Shown: positions 1 through 12,001 of the stretch, piece after piece | How the letters are laid out: each line of letters begins with the position of its first letter | Position numbering within the stretch: position 1 is the first letter of the stretch | NCBI RefSeq assembly: GCF_018977255.1 | Contig: NW_024704743.1 | Span: 39,000,001 to 39,064,000, forward strand | Direction: 5' to 3' | Length of the DNA: 64,000 nt | Source: Callorhinchus milii | Lineage: Eukaryota | Notes under the pieces: model-generated | Databases searched by the model: none | What the model was told of the DNA's origin: nothing | Seen by the model: the letters and a program-made list of their open reading frames with translations, nothing else | Translations under genes and position numbers: made by a program

Positions 1-337
1 TGGCAGACTCACATTCCAACTCTCTGAGCTCGTTGGACTTGCTGGCCCTATTGAACTGAACTAAAGCCAGAGCTAGTGACTTGAGCAGAGGAGGGGGGGA
101 GGAAATTGGCAAAATACACCCGACATATTAACAACTGAACCATGTGTCGAAAAAAGGTCTTTAATGCCTTATGTGCTTTCCTGTTTATTTTCCACTAACG
201 ACCTCAGCATTCTAATGGGACACAAAAGCAGTTTTCTTTCAGAAGCCTTTGTGAAACTCCATCGGACAAAAATAAATTCACGCATAAACTGTGAACTGGG
301 ATCTTGCTGGAATGGAATTGAGGCACCAACTACTCAC

Positions 338-532
338 CAGTTTCTTTGAAAAATTTTTCATCAGGCTGCACAACAGAGCAGAGACTGTTGAGCACCAGGG
401 TTCCCAGCTTCACGGCCCCACTCTCTGAGCTCTTGTAGTAATCCAGAGAGTTATGGGTCAGCACAAACCAACGCTTTTTCAGCTTCAGAGAGTTGTTTTT
501 TCCACCGTTCCTTGCTTCCTTATGAAGCCACC
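338..532 (-). CDS. MYO10: MYO10 exon 32 (PH3 N-part: GWLHKEARNGGKNNSLKLKKRWFVLTHNSLDYYKSSE...FFKET)
   Basis: 195 nt; TAG| acceptor, |GTGAG donor; phase 1-1. Confidence 0.95.
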
Positions 533-1746
533 CTATCAAAATGCAGAGACAGATTTTAACCATTTCACATAATCACTTACCATGCAGACAGTGAATGTAG
601 AAGAAGATGGTAAGTAATCTCCTGCTGAGCGATTAGACACAACAAATTTCACAGTAAATTTCTACTGAATAAAATATTTTAAATAAATAGATGCTTGGCT
701 AAAAATACTTTGCTGAGAGGTGATCAAGACAAAATTTGAACAATTTAGAATTAGGTATGTGATCTTTTATTTGTAAAAGGAAGCATTCTATTCAGAGTCT
801 GATTTTTTTTGTGTTAATACGATTACAGAATTTTTTCTCTGCTATCGTTGTTTGAAACTCTGAAATTGGCCAAAGTGATCTTTTCATTGCGTTGCTATTC
901 GTAGCATGTAATTGACCCCAGTATGAGTGGAAAAGTTCAGTTAGTGGAATTTGATAGCTAAGCTGCCAACATAAAACTCCTGATAGGTTAAATTCTGCTA
1001 AAAGCAGATTGCAAAAGGTTAAAAGCATTTGTAGCCTGATATATTTGCTCTGAGAGAGTATAGTGAAGGGCAATTCGATTGATAGATACCATTAGACACT
1101 TGAATGAATAGAGGAGGCTATGGAAGGAGGAAAATTCTGCTGGAGAAGGCTCAGGGGAGATCTTAATAGGTTTGCCACAAAATACAGTCAATTCACTTTA
1201 CAGTACATTTTGTGAAGCGCTTTGAGTCGTCTCAAAGACATGATAAGACACTAAATCAAATGCAAGGATTACTACTACTAGCTCCGAGACGCTATCCTGC
1301 GTGAAGGGCACTATATAAATGCAAGTTGTTGTTCCAATAACATATTCAACATGGTCAAAAAAATCCAGAACAAGAGGATAAAGGTTCAAGCTCAGAAGAG
1401 GGAAAATGAACAAACAGTTCAGATCAAAATATTTAACTCAGAGAATGGTGACAATGTAAAATAGACTATGCAGGGATATGGCGGAGGTTGATTGAGACAG
1501 CAAGTTCAAGCAAGAATTACACAGCTATTTGGCAAAGATATTGATTTGAAGGGTAAGAGACATTTAATATTGTCTGTCCAGCACCTTTTTTTTGAAGCGC
1601 TCTCAGATTCTCACTGGTGAAGGGTGCAGTATAAATGCAAATTGTTGTTGTGGTGTAGGATTTTTATTTTTACTTTGAGACCAGTCAGATGAACTCAATA
1701 GGTTTTTTCCTAGTCATATGTATGACAATGATGTTTATGCTCCTAC

Positions 1747-1889
1747 CTCTGACAACAAATTCCTGACCCTCTACTCTTGTGTCCCCCTTAGTCCTCTGTA
1801 GTAGTGTGATCCAGTGATGCATCTCCTCAGGAGTATCTGCATTGCAATGCACTACACGATTTGCTGTAATAATCACAAATGAATTGGAT
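1747..1889 (-). CDS. MYO10: MYO10 exon 31 (SNSFVIITANRVVHCNADTPEEMHHWITLLQRTKGDTRVEGQEFVVR)
   Basis: 143 nt; TAG| ... |GTAGG; phase 2-1. Confidence 0.95.
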
Positions 1890-2990
1890 CTAGAAACACA
1901 CACAAAAAAGGGAAAATGTTGGATTAAAAAAGGAACATACAGGCAAGTTACAGAATAAGGAACAATGTTGTATTGGAATCCAGTTGAAGACATCGCCCTC
2001 ATTTCTGATTAATTGGGTGAAGTCTTTCAAACCAGAAAATCCATTCAAGCATGTTTTATTACATCTGCTTACATCAATTACACTTTGAAACTGAGGTCTG
2101 CTGTATACTGAGTTTTTATAAGTGAAACACTTTTACCACAATGCATATCAAATGCACATGCTAAACCCTAAAGTCCAAGCCCCTGTGGTTCCTTGGCAGC
2201 CACAAAATGGGTGAACTAAGACGAAGAACTTTCTATATCACACTAAAAAAAATCTTAAAACTGGCAAAAACTCTCATGGGTATTCCTGGTTGCTGGGACT
2301 GGTTGGTGCCAGGCTGTGCCTGTGTGCTATCCACAGAAATCTAGGCAGTCAGACTTGCAAGTGCATCTCTAATACTTCTGGGTCCACAGTTGGCCGTGTT
2401 ATAAACAGACCTGCTCTATACTGGGCGCATTATAAAATGGGACCTGACTGTATCATCACCATTGAATCCTGAAAGAAAACTAAACCACATTTTTGATTAG
2501 CCTGGTATCTGATATGTGACCCATCACTTGCGGTACTGTTATTCCTTAATCACAACTATAAAACTACTCCTTAACCTACCCCTAATAAGCTATTAAATTA
2601 CAGAGAACAGTTTTCTCGATCTTGTTAGCAATTCAGATCAAGACAGTCATAACCATAAACTTATACAAGCGCTTTTAAATTCTGTAAATATTTAAACTGG
2701 CTCAGGTCTAATAAACATATCTTTTGTTTATTACCTTAATCTAGACCATAAATGTCACGTTTCTACAACTGCAAATTAAAAGTGTATGTGGGAGCAGATT
2801 CCAAGGCAGATTAAAAAAAACATTTTCTTCATAAAACACTACAGTATCTGCCATACTTCATTACAGCCATAAAGAAAAAGACTGATTTAGGGCTATGCTC
2901 TGTGTAACGGCTGGAAGTGAAGCTGTTGAAAAATGTCAGATTCATTGAACCTAAGTACGGGTTTGCTGGGAAAGGAAAGTATTATCTTAC

Positions 2991-3046
2991 CTGTCAGGGT
3001 TATCCGAGGCACAAACTGAGTCGATCAGACCTACATCTAATGTACC
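2991..3046 (-). CDS. MYO10: MYO10 exon 30 (GTLDVGLIDSVCASDNPDR)
   Basis: 56 nt; CAG| ... |GTAAG; phase 0-2. Confidence 0.95.
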
Positions 3047-3149
3047 CTGGACAAAAAAAAACACAGATAGATTTAAAATGACGATAGAATAATATCTTAT
3101 CATAATATGAATATTTTAGAAAATATTTCATTTTCAGAGATTCGTATAA

Positions 3150-3272
3150 TTCTATATGGGGATGGGGAAAGGGAAGGTAAATAGAAATGAAAGGATTGCT
3201 CTTTAAAAAGCCAGCCACAGACACGATGGGCCAAATGGCTTCTTCTGTGCTGTCAATTTCTATGGTTTCTAA
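3150..3272 (+). mobile_element. CR1-type LINE 3' end fragment
   Basis: CACAGACACGATGGGCCAAATGGC...CTGTGCTGT...TTCTATGGTTTCTA, typical CR1 3' terminus; related copies near 48790-48950, 57205-57310 and 58965-59085. Confidence 0.65.
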
Positions 3273-3558
3273 GGCAATTGATGGTTCTGAAGCTGATCCT
3301 AGTAGTAGACAAAAAAACATGAGATTCTTTTGGGGGAGGAGGAGGGACTGAATCCTGAGTGATTTGTCTCAACAATTGGATTTTCTCAAGGTCTGAACCA
3401 AATCTGAATTCAGACAGACATAATCCCTACACCCAACCAGTTGTAGCAACAATGGAAGGAACATGGTATACTATAGGGTAAAACAGTGGACACAGAATGT
3501 ATTTTAAGTGGACATTCCCTGAAACCCACCCTCCAGCGTCTCGGAGTGAGGAACTTAC

Positions 3559-3652
3559 CACTGCATTCTGTGGATTTGCTTGCTCATCATGCATTTCTTT
3601 AATCTCTTGTTCAGTCGAACCCTGAACCTGACTCAGCACACTGAACCATTGG
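3559..3652 (-). CDS. MYO10: MYO10 exon 29 (QWFSVLSQVQGSTEQEIKEMHDEQANPQNAV)
   Basis: 94 nt; CAG| ... |GTAAG; phase 2-0. Confidence 0.95.
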
Positions 3653-5917
3653 CTGCAACAAGAAAAGAGGAAGAAATTAGACCAGGACATTTTATGGCCC
3701 TTTTCTGGGTTAATTCATTGTCTGCAAATGGTTCTCAGGGCTGGAATATGTTTGGTAGTCTGAAGAGATCACAAGATTAGCATAAAAGAACTTACTATGA
3801 CCAGCTCCCGTTGTCTGATCATGTGATTTGGGGCTTTGGCCCAAATGTTTTTTTAAAATCTTTTTTTGGTTAGTTGGGTGTCTGATACATGTGGAAACAC
3901 ATCACCATGCTTAAGAGTTTCCAAACCAAACTGAGAGTTCTACATACGCCACCTACACATGGAAATTCCTGTGTCTGGATGGAAAGTGCACTCTCTCGAT
4001 TGAGGAAATGTACCCTGCTTACCTAATTCCAGAGAGTATTAGCTGCAGCTCGGCAAGAGGCAAGGCTTGGAGGTCTTAGAGTGTGTGGTTGGTACTGCTG
4101 GACTAACCATATAGCTTGCCATTGAGAGTTCTGTCTAGCCAGCTTTCCTGCTGCTTGTCCAGCTAGGATCACTAAAAATGCCCATCCCTAGTCCTGCTGA
4201 TGTGCCAGACTGGCTTCTCTGTCATCAGCAGTTCCCTGAAATACTGTGTACCTACCTGGCTCAGAAAACAAACATGTGAATACAGTGACACTATTTCATA
4301 TATCATGGCAAAGAGGTGTGAACGACTCTCTTTGATCCTATTAAGTGACAAATGTAGAGTGCAAACATACTTTAAACACTTCATCTAGCTCTGGAATTTC
4401 CACGTATAGGTGGATGCATGGAATTCTCAATTTGGTTTGGTACTGTCAAGCATGGTGATGAGTTTCCACATGTGTCAGACACTCAGCTGATCAAAAAAAA
4501 GCTTCAGGAATTCAGGAAAGAAGGAGGAGGGAGAAGTATTTTGTGGTCACAGTAGTTATGATCTTTAGTTACCCAGAGGGGTTTACTACCACATACTCCC
4601 CAGGTGTGTTTGCATCAGTTCTATCATATTTTGCTGCGTTTAATGAAACAAGGAATCCTGAATTGCTAACAAACAAACAATAATATAATTTGGCACATTT
4701 AATACATATGTTTATGCCTTCAGATCACGACTGTGTGACCACTGCTTGCCTTTATCCTAATCTCTCTAAAACCCTTACATTTGGTAATGGTCTTGTGGGC
4801 AAAAAGCACCCTATTAAGTGACAAATGCAGCATCTTAAACACTTCAGGAATTTGAGGAAAGGGGGAGGAGAGGCCACCATGGGGAGTGTTGGTGTTAAGC
4901 TTTTAAACATTAACAAATGGTCCTTTAAAAATTCTTGGGGTTTCACTGGTCATTCCAATAACTTGCAAAGGACCATTTGGGAGGAAAAACAGAACAATCG
5001 ACACCTGCTGTGTTTATGCTGCAGGGTGTGAATCAAAGTGCTGCTGAAACCACCTCCTCAAGTTGTCTCGGCTGCTGGGCTCAGCATGATTTACTTTGGC
5101 ATCTCACTGGCCAAACCCAACTTTGTTGTAAAAAAACAACACCCGTATTAACTAATTTAGGTTGGTTGGGTGGGGAGGATTTGTGGTATGTGATAATGAT
5201 GAGTATAATTTATCACCCAGTGGGGATAATTATTACAAGGAGAGAATTTGTGATCCTTTGAATCTGGGACATAATAACTGGTTGGGACTGAACTCCCCGA
5301 ATTCTGGAAAATGGTTTCTGGTATTGGGTCAGGATGAAAACAGGAGGAGTCGATTTCTTTTTGTAGTTTAGTCACTAAAATAGACTTTTAACTTCTTTTA
5401 TGATAGTTAAGATTTATTTTTAAGCTCCTGACTAGCAAAGAAACACATTTTCCACAAATTCCCAGGCCTTGATTTACGATTTTCCCAATCTGGAAAAAGG
5501 TCAATGGGATTATATAAATGACAGAAGTGTTGTTGTTCTAGTAATGCTCAAACCTACACTGCACAAGACAGCATGCTTTGCATATCCTCAGCACCATGTA
5601 GTAATTCACAGCACATCCTATTCCGTTTCATTAGGAGTATTCCAGTAAACCATTTCTTTCGCCCACAAAATACATTTTACAATATATTCTGTAAAGCGCT
5701 TTGAAACGTCTTAATGACGTGATTAGGTGGCATATCAAATGCAAGGATTAATATTCTTATTTCCATTTTCAGCACATTTTAAACTCTGAGGGGAATTTAT
5801 GGTATGTGATAATTATCATTGTTGCCCAGTCCCAGTCAGCGCAACGGCAGAATTTGCCATTGTTTTAGTCTATATAACTGAACACAATGATTCTAACAAT
5901 CAAACACAAATAAGTAC

Positions 5918-6013
5918 CTGGCATCTTCTGCTGTCTCCGCAACCAGATAGAAGACACGATCATCCATTACTATGTTAATGCCATTCTCCTTTCCAGCATT
6001 GTCAATGATCTCT
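5918..6013 (-). CDS. MYO10: MYO10 exon 28 (EIIDNAGKENGINIVMDDRVFYLVAETAEDAS)
   Basis: 96 nt; TAG| ... |GTACT; phase 2-2; absent from ORF track, read manually. Confidence 0.93.
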
Positions 6014-6431
6014 CTAAAATCAATACCACAAATATAGGAATCAGCACCAGCAAATTATTGTGCAGTTATTTAACAACAGAGTATCTGAGAGACGACAGTC
6101 ATGTGGGCAGTTCCACCTAAGTCTGGATTTACTCTATTATAGCAGCATTTAGCAAGTTAATTTAGTTTGACTTGAAGAATTTAAGCAAATTGTTGAATTA
6201 GGTTTTTTACTTTGATGCTGTTTTTCTGTAGCCTTAAAATAACTGTCAGAAAAACAGCTTCAAAATTGAAGACTTCAGTTAAGAATTTGACAAATTCTGG
6301 TTGCTCTGAAATGCCATTTTAACAAGAGCATATTTACACCCATGTGGAATTTGTTCTCCTACGGTGGGTGCATTACTTAGTGGCCTATATATTAAATGAT
6401 CTAGTTTGATAAAATCATTAGTTCTCTTTAC

Positions 6432-6675
6432 CTTGCAGATCTGATCTCAATAGTTCCTTTCAATTTATCTTCCGTATCATTCTCAAAATACATCAGTTTA
6501 CCGTCCCGCAGGACAAACCAGCGCTTCTTCCAGTTACGCCTGGACAAAGTTGATGTGCCGCCACCTTTCTTGTGTAGCCAGCCTAGTTTCAAGGCCTCTT
6601 GTTTTGCACGGAACCACATGAATGTTTCATCTTTTAAAACACACCATCGCCGTTTCCAGGTATTTATCAAGCCTC
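6432..6675 (-). CDS. MYO10: MYO10 exon 27 (PH1N/PH2: GGLINTWKRRWCVLKDE...GWLHKKGGG...IEIRSAR)
   Basis: 244 nt; TAG| ... |GTAAA; phase 1-2. Confidence 0.96.
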
Positions 6676-7085
6676 CTAAGAAACAAAAATACGAAATGTT
6701 AGTCATAAATTGAGGAGCTTCAGGATAAGAAAGGTACAGAAAATTCGTCAGCCAGAAGAAAATATAATATAACCTGGTAGATGGAACAATTCTCCTGGTA
6801 TTCCTGATGGGATATTTCACTTGAATACATTTTGTATTGTACAACTTTGGTTTATATAGCTCAAAGGAAACACTGGTGCAGCATACTTGAGAAAATTTAC
6901 TTGGGTCAAGATCTACTTTATTTTCTTACTGTTTGAGAGAATCCAGAATTTGGCAAATGCTAAAATGATATTCGTTAGCTGGAGGCTGGAGTCAAATTTG
7001 TTTGAGCGTCTCAGCTACTTACTTGATCAACCACCAGAGCCGGTGTTACACTCTGTGCAAGCAGCGCTATTTCAGTTAAGCTCAC

Positions 7086-7209
7086 CTTTCATAAATAAGA
7101 AACTGTGGAAATATGGTAGGCTGACGCAGCTATAGACAGATTCCCGTCGGTAAGCCAGCTCTTCATCAGTGTCAAATCGAGAATCCACGTCATCTTCACT
7201 GTCTTCAAA
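7086..7209 (-). CDS. MYO10: MYO10 exon 26 (FEDSEDDVDSRFDTDEELAYRRESVYSCVSLPYFHSFLFMK)
   Basis: 124 nt; CAG| ... |GTGAG; phase 0-1. Confidence 0.95.
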
Positions 7210-7741
7210 CTGCAGCACCGAAGAATTCATAATGATGTGGAGCACAACAGCAGCAGTAATTGTGTAAAAAAATATTGGGAGGGGAGAGGAGGAAAAAAAA
7301 ATGTAGTATGTTATATCATGATTTGTCATAAGGTCAGAAAATGTGGTCAACCAGAAATTTTAGGTCCAATTCTAGAAATAAACAAGTTTTTTCCTCTCTC
7401 TCTGGCTCATTCAGAATTGAATCGTTATTGTGTATTCATTTTGATACAGTGATGGAACAAAGCTCTTTTTTATTCCTAGTCCTAATTAAAACATATTTTT
7501 TCAACTTTTTTCAGAATGTTACTTCTGAAATTAATTGTACCTTAATTCTAACTTACCTGGAGAAGAAGCATGAAACCTGTGCTTTCACTGTTCAATTCAA
7601 GACATTCCCTGACCCTTATAAATAATTCCGACGACCCTTAAAATCAGGACACCGTCAAGAATTTATTAAGATTGGACCTAAAATTTCTAGTTAACTGGAT
7701 CTGCTCGATCACCTCTGGATTGGGATTTATAAATTACTCAC

Positions 7742-8629
7742 CGATGATTGTGGCTCTTCTGAGCTCAATCTGTACGCTCCAGAGCTGTTGTACGTTCCTA
7801 CAGAGTAACGGTAGTGATAGTCTGGGGACCACTGGCTACTGCGGGGATTAGAGAATGCTACACTGCTTCCAGATGTAATAGCTTCATCTTCACGGTTATC
7901 CTGATCATAATCAGACTCTTCATCTGGAGGAATCAGCTCTACAGAATCCTGCTGCCCATCAGCTACCTGTTCAGGCATACAGTAAGTGGAGTCTTCAATG
8001 GATGGCTTGCTATAGCTGGATTGTGGCTCTCCACTGCTCTCACTTGTCATTGTCGTCACCACTGTATCATTCATATATGGATCCTCTTCTGAAGAGTCGT
8101 CACTCGTCCGGATTCCACTGGTGCGCTGATCAAAATGGCCATTCTCACTCGGGTTTGGCGAGTCCTTAAACGCATCATCATCAGCATCGAAGCCCTCATC
8201 TTCCTCTTCCTCGGGGTAAGGCTGGCTAAAGTTGAACTTGGGTTTCTCAGCAGGATCAGACACAGTTGAGGTGCTCAGCTCTCCATCGTAGTTGCTGCTG
8301 ACAGAAAGGGACTTCTCAATATTGCGAACGCACTCATCAATCTCATCAAAGTTCAGGGACTCCAGGAACTCCTGAGCTGCTTTGCAGGCCTCGTCTTCCA
8401 GACGCTTTAGCTCCTCATCCCTTAGTTGCTGGAGATGAGAAAGTGAATTCTCATTGAGTGTTGATTCATGGCGCTCCTTCTTACGCTGCAGCTCTTCAAT
8501 CTCTCGCTCTAGCCGTAGGATCTCCTCAACCTGCCTGTTCTCTTGCTTTTCCAGGTGGTTATTTTGCTCAGCTTTCTTCTGAGCTTCCAGAAGAGCTGCT
8601 TGTTCCTGTTGCCGCTGTGCTTCCATTGC
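7742..8629 (-). CDS. MYO10: MYO10 exon 25 (coiled coil + PEST region)
   Basis: 888 nt; CAG|GCAATG ... TCG|GTGAG; contains EEILRLEREIEEL, AAQEFLESLNFDEIDECVRNIEKSL, DQRTSGIRTSDDSSEEDPYMND. Confidence 0.96.
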
Positions 8630-8744
8630 CTGTTGTTAAAAAACAATTACAGAACAGAGGCTTCATTAGATTCACAGGTAATCAGTTTAACTTGGTAAAA
8701 TTATTTTCTATTTACAGCTTTAATAATTCAAGCAACCATAAGCG

Positions 8745-9330
8745 GGGTCTCCTTGGTGCTGAACCTTCTCCAAGTTGACATGCCAGGCAATGGAATGTCA
8801 GAATCGAGCCAGCCCTCTGTGGCAGTCTCAGTAGTCCGGTTCCTGAGCCAGGCGGGTCCGTAGTATTGCAAGGCACTGCTGATGACAGCACAGCCAGCCT
8901 GGCTCATCAACAAGACCTGGAAGGGCAGACTAGTCACTGGGGGCAGGGAATCCTCCCACTTAGCTCCTGTTAACCCTGCAAGCCAAAGCCCTAACAGGTA
9001 GGGTGGTCCTAGCTGGACAAGCAGTTGGAAAGCTTGCCAGACAGCAACATCAATGGCAAGCTATGCACTTTTAGCTGGTTAGACTCCAGCAGTACCCCAA
9101 TGCACACTCTGGGGTCCCCAAGCCTTGGCTCTTGCCAACCTGTACCTAATACTTTCCAGAATTAGGTAAGCAGGATGTGTCGCTCCAGGGAGAGAGTGCG
9201 CATTCCATTTCAATAATCTATCTCTGGGATTTTCAGGTGTAGGTGGAATGGATGGATATCTCAGCTTGGTTTGTATACTCTTAAGCATAGTGATGGGTTT
9301 CCGCATGTGTCAGTCACCCAACTAATCCCC
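8745..9330. repeat. Unclassified ~600-bp interspersed repeat (longest copy)
   Basis: Homologous segments at about 3861-4270 (opposite orientation), 4392-4500, 23500-23615, 27850-28250, 59535-59790 (opposite) and 63105-63435. Confidence 0.75.
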
Positions 9331-9440
9331 CCAAAAAGCAACCACACAAAGTTGAAAATAACAGCTTGTTCAGAAAATTACAAACAAAAAAAAATATTCG
9401 GCACCCTTGTGATTTCCTAGATGTTAGACTACACTCTTTG

Positions 9441-9790
9441 AGTCAGAATGTTGTGTGTTCAAGCCCTATGTTGGGATTTTGAGCATATAGTCTAAGATGA
9501 CACTTCAATGTAGTGTTGGGTTGTGCTGTATTATTGGAGGTGCCGTCCTTTGGATGAAATATAAAACTGAGGCCCCATCTGCTGTTGACGTTAACAATCC
9601 CTCTTTTCTCGAAAAGAGAAAATTGATCATTCACTTCATAGTTTGTGGGAAACTGCTGTGCGCAAATTGGCTGCCGCATTCACCTACAAATACAACCATT
9701 ATACTTTACAGAAAAACTCTTATAATGTGTTTTGAAATGTTTCAACATACATGATAAGATCCTATATTAAATGCAAGGACTATTATTCTT
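9441..9790 (+). mobile_element. Older tRNA-derived SINE with Deu-like core and L2-type tail
   Basis: B-box-like GTTCAAGCCC; core CTGCTGTGCGCAAATTGGCTGCCGCATT; tail TATATTAAATGCAAGGACTATTATT; relatives near 14105-14388, 19545-19910, 31290-31665 and 43895-44142. Confidence 0.7.
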
Positions 9791-10093
9791 TTAACACACA
9801 TTATTTTCCAGCATCATTATCAAAATGTTGAACTTTTTTTTAAACTGTAATGATCCTACGAAAGGGAAATAAATCATCAAAAAACAAAATGTGACCGAAA
9901 ATAACACAGTAGTATGCTCATCTGCAGGAATGTCAGCAAAACTATAATAAACTACAACAAAGGAGACTGTGTAGAACAGAGACGATGAGTATCATTTGGA
10001 TTATGGTTCTGATCTTTCATTAATCCAAAGAGTCAGAAAATAAACATTTTGGATATGATTCAGGAAAACTAATATCCACAGATGATTAATTAC

Positions 10094-10133
10094 CTGCTGT
10101 GCCAGGAGCTCTGCTTCTCGTTCTTGCCTTTCC
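10094..10133 (-). CDS. MYO10: MYO10 exon 24 (ERQEREAELLAQQ, SAH)
   Basis: 40 nt; TAG| ... |GTAAT; phase 2-0. Confidence 0.92.
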
Positions 10134-10405
10134 CTATGAAAGAGAGGTGTGAAAATATAATGAGGTGTCAGTGGAACCTTACAGGCCCTGTGTTGGGAGA
10201 GGAACAAGTGAGAGTTTGTAAATTCACAGATTATTTTTACAATTTGGATTATAATTAGGGCCCGTCTTGGATCTCAGTAACCATAACGGCAAAAACTTAA
10301 CCAAGCCATAATGTTAAACTGTCCATCACATGCCAAAGTTCTACTACATTTCCAAGTAACATTTGAAAACAGATAAAACATTCTTTATTGCAGTCTCAAG
10401 CTGAC

Positions 10406-10618
10406 CTTTCTTCTTGTTCCTTCCTTCTCTGCTCCTCTTCCACTCGCCTCTTGTCTTCAAGCATTTGTTTATAAATCCTGCGTGCGAGCTGACCTCGCCT
10501 GTGCTTTTGCAATGCAATTGCAGAAATTTGTAGACATTGGAATTTCCTTCTCCAGAAGAAAGCTCGGTAGTTTTTCTGAATCACAACAATATGGTTGAGC
10601 ACCTTTTTGTATTGTTTT
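10406..10618 (-). CDS. MYO10: MYO10 exon 23 (IQ2, IQ3, start of SAH)
   Basis: 213 nt; CAG| ... |GTCAG; IQKNYRAFFWRRKF and LQKHRRGQLARRIY; phase 2-2. Confidence 0.94.
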
Positions 10619-11559
10619 CTGTTGGGGGTGGGGAAAGAGGGCAAGAGGGAAAAAAGAAAAAAATGAAGAATACAAAAATCACAAAGTATTTCAAAGCATT
10701 ATATTTCAAAACATACTGTTGTAAATAAAGCTAATAAAAATATGAATTAACCCGAGAGCTCTGGAAACAGATAACCAGTTGAACAGCATCTGAAACTTCC
10801 TTTAGCATCAAGAGCTTTTCTTTCAGTTGCGGCACTGTGATACGTGCAAGAATGGCATTGATACCTACAGAGGTTGTTATCCCACCTTCTCAAGAGGTCA
10901 TCAATGTATAGAAAGTTTATAGATCCTGTGTGAAAACTTACCTCGCCTGTGCTTTTGCAACGCACAAAGTTCAGGACTTAGAAACTGTGTCCATGTAACA
11001 CAGGACCTGGGTACCTGTGCAGTTGGTTCCATATTATTGCTAGTGTCTTTTGTTCCACTTTACAAATCCAGGCGCCATGTAACTTCAGAACCAGCTCTAT
11101 TTGATGTCACCTCATGGCTGCATGTGCACATGGAGATCCGAGCACAATGCACTATAAATACAGCAGTGGCAGGAGGATCGGAGAACTCCAATACTTTCCT
11201 GTTCTCACTGGTCTTCCTACCTCCAATATGTAAACTAAATATGGATTTAAACCATTGTTCAGACCAAAAGGTGACTCATGTAAGACCAGAGGGGGGATCA
11301 GACCCTATTCCTGCAACTTGTGCTGAAAACGTGACTTGAAATTTTTTTTTGGGGTGATGAGATACTATTCATTAATATATTTTGACCCATATTACACATT
11401 AAGGATTGTTTTATCAAATGGTTCAGATTGGAATGTGAGCAACTATTGCCCCATTTACACTGATTAACAAAGAGAAATACAAGTGTAAAGGGCAGCCTGA
11501 GCATAAATCAAACACCGTGCAAGATTCAACATATTGCAGTCATAGGTTGAGTAACCTAC

Positions 11560-11666
11560 CTTGCCAAATAGCCAAGGACATGAGCCTGGATGATCATAGC
11601 AGCTTTGGTGACCTTCACCTCACGTTGTCTCTCTAGTTTATGTTCAAGGGACTCTCGTAGAAATAC
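11560..11666 (-). CDS. MYO10: MYO10 exon 22 (VFLRESLEHKLERQREVKVTKAAMIIQAHVLGYLAR; converter end + IQ1)
   Basis: 107 nt; TAG| ... |GTAGG; phase 0-2; read manually. Confidence 0.94.
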
Positions 11667-12001
11667 CTAAACAAAGCAGAATATAGGAGAGTTCTGTTAC
11701 TTTGCTGTATTACTTTCATGCACTAGCCAGAAAATAACTTCCCAGCACGTCAGTCATTCATGTGGAACATTTGTTATTGCACTTTGAGACGTTTCAACAA
11801 CATGATAAGGTGCTGTGTCAAATGTAAGATTATCATTATATATTTCAGGTTAAATGCACAAACTTAACATTTCTGAATTCTTCAGTCAATAAATATGGTT
11901 GAACTGCATTCTATCACACTTTGTTATAATGGGCACCAGGCGGCTGGCTTCCTGCACATCGGCCACTCTCCCCCACATTTTAAATTGTCCACTTCCAGGT
12001 C

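Noticed and set aside
7814..8778. Plus-strand ORFs overlapping exon 25
   Set aside because: Antisense shadows of the long coding exon, with no recognisable domain or splice structure
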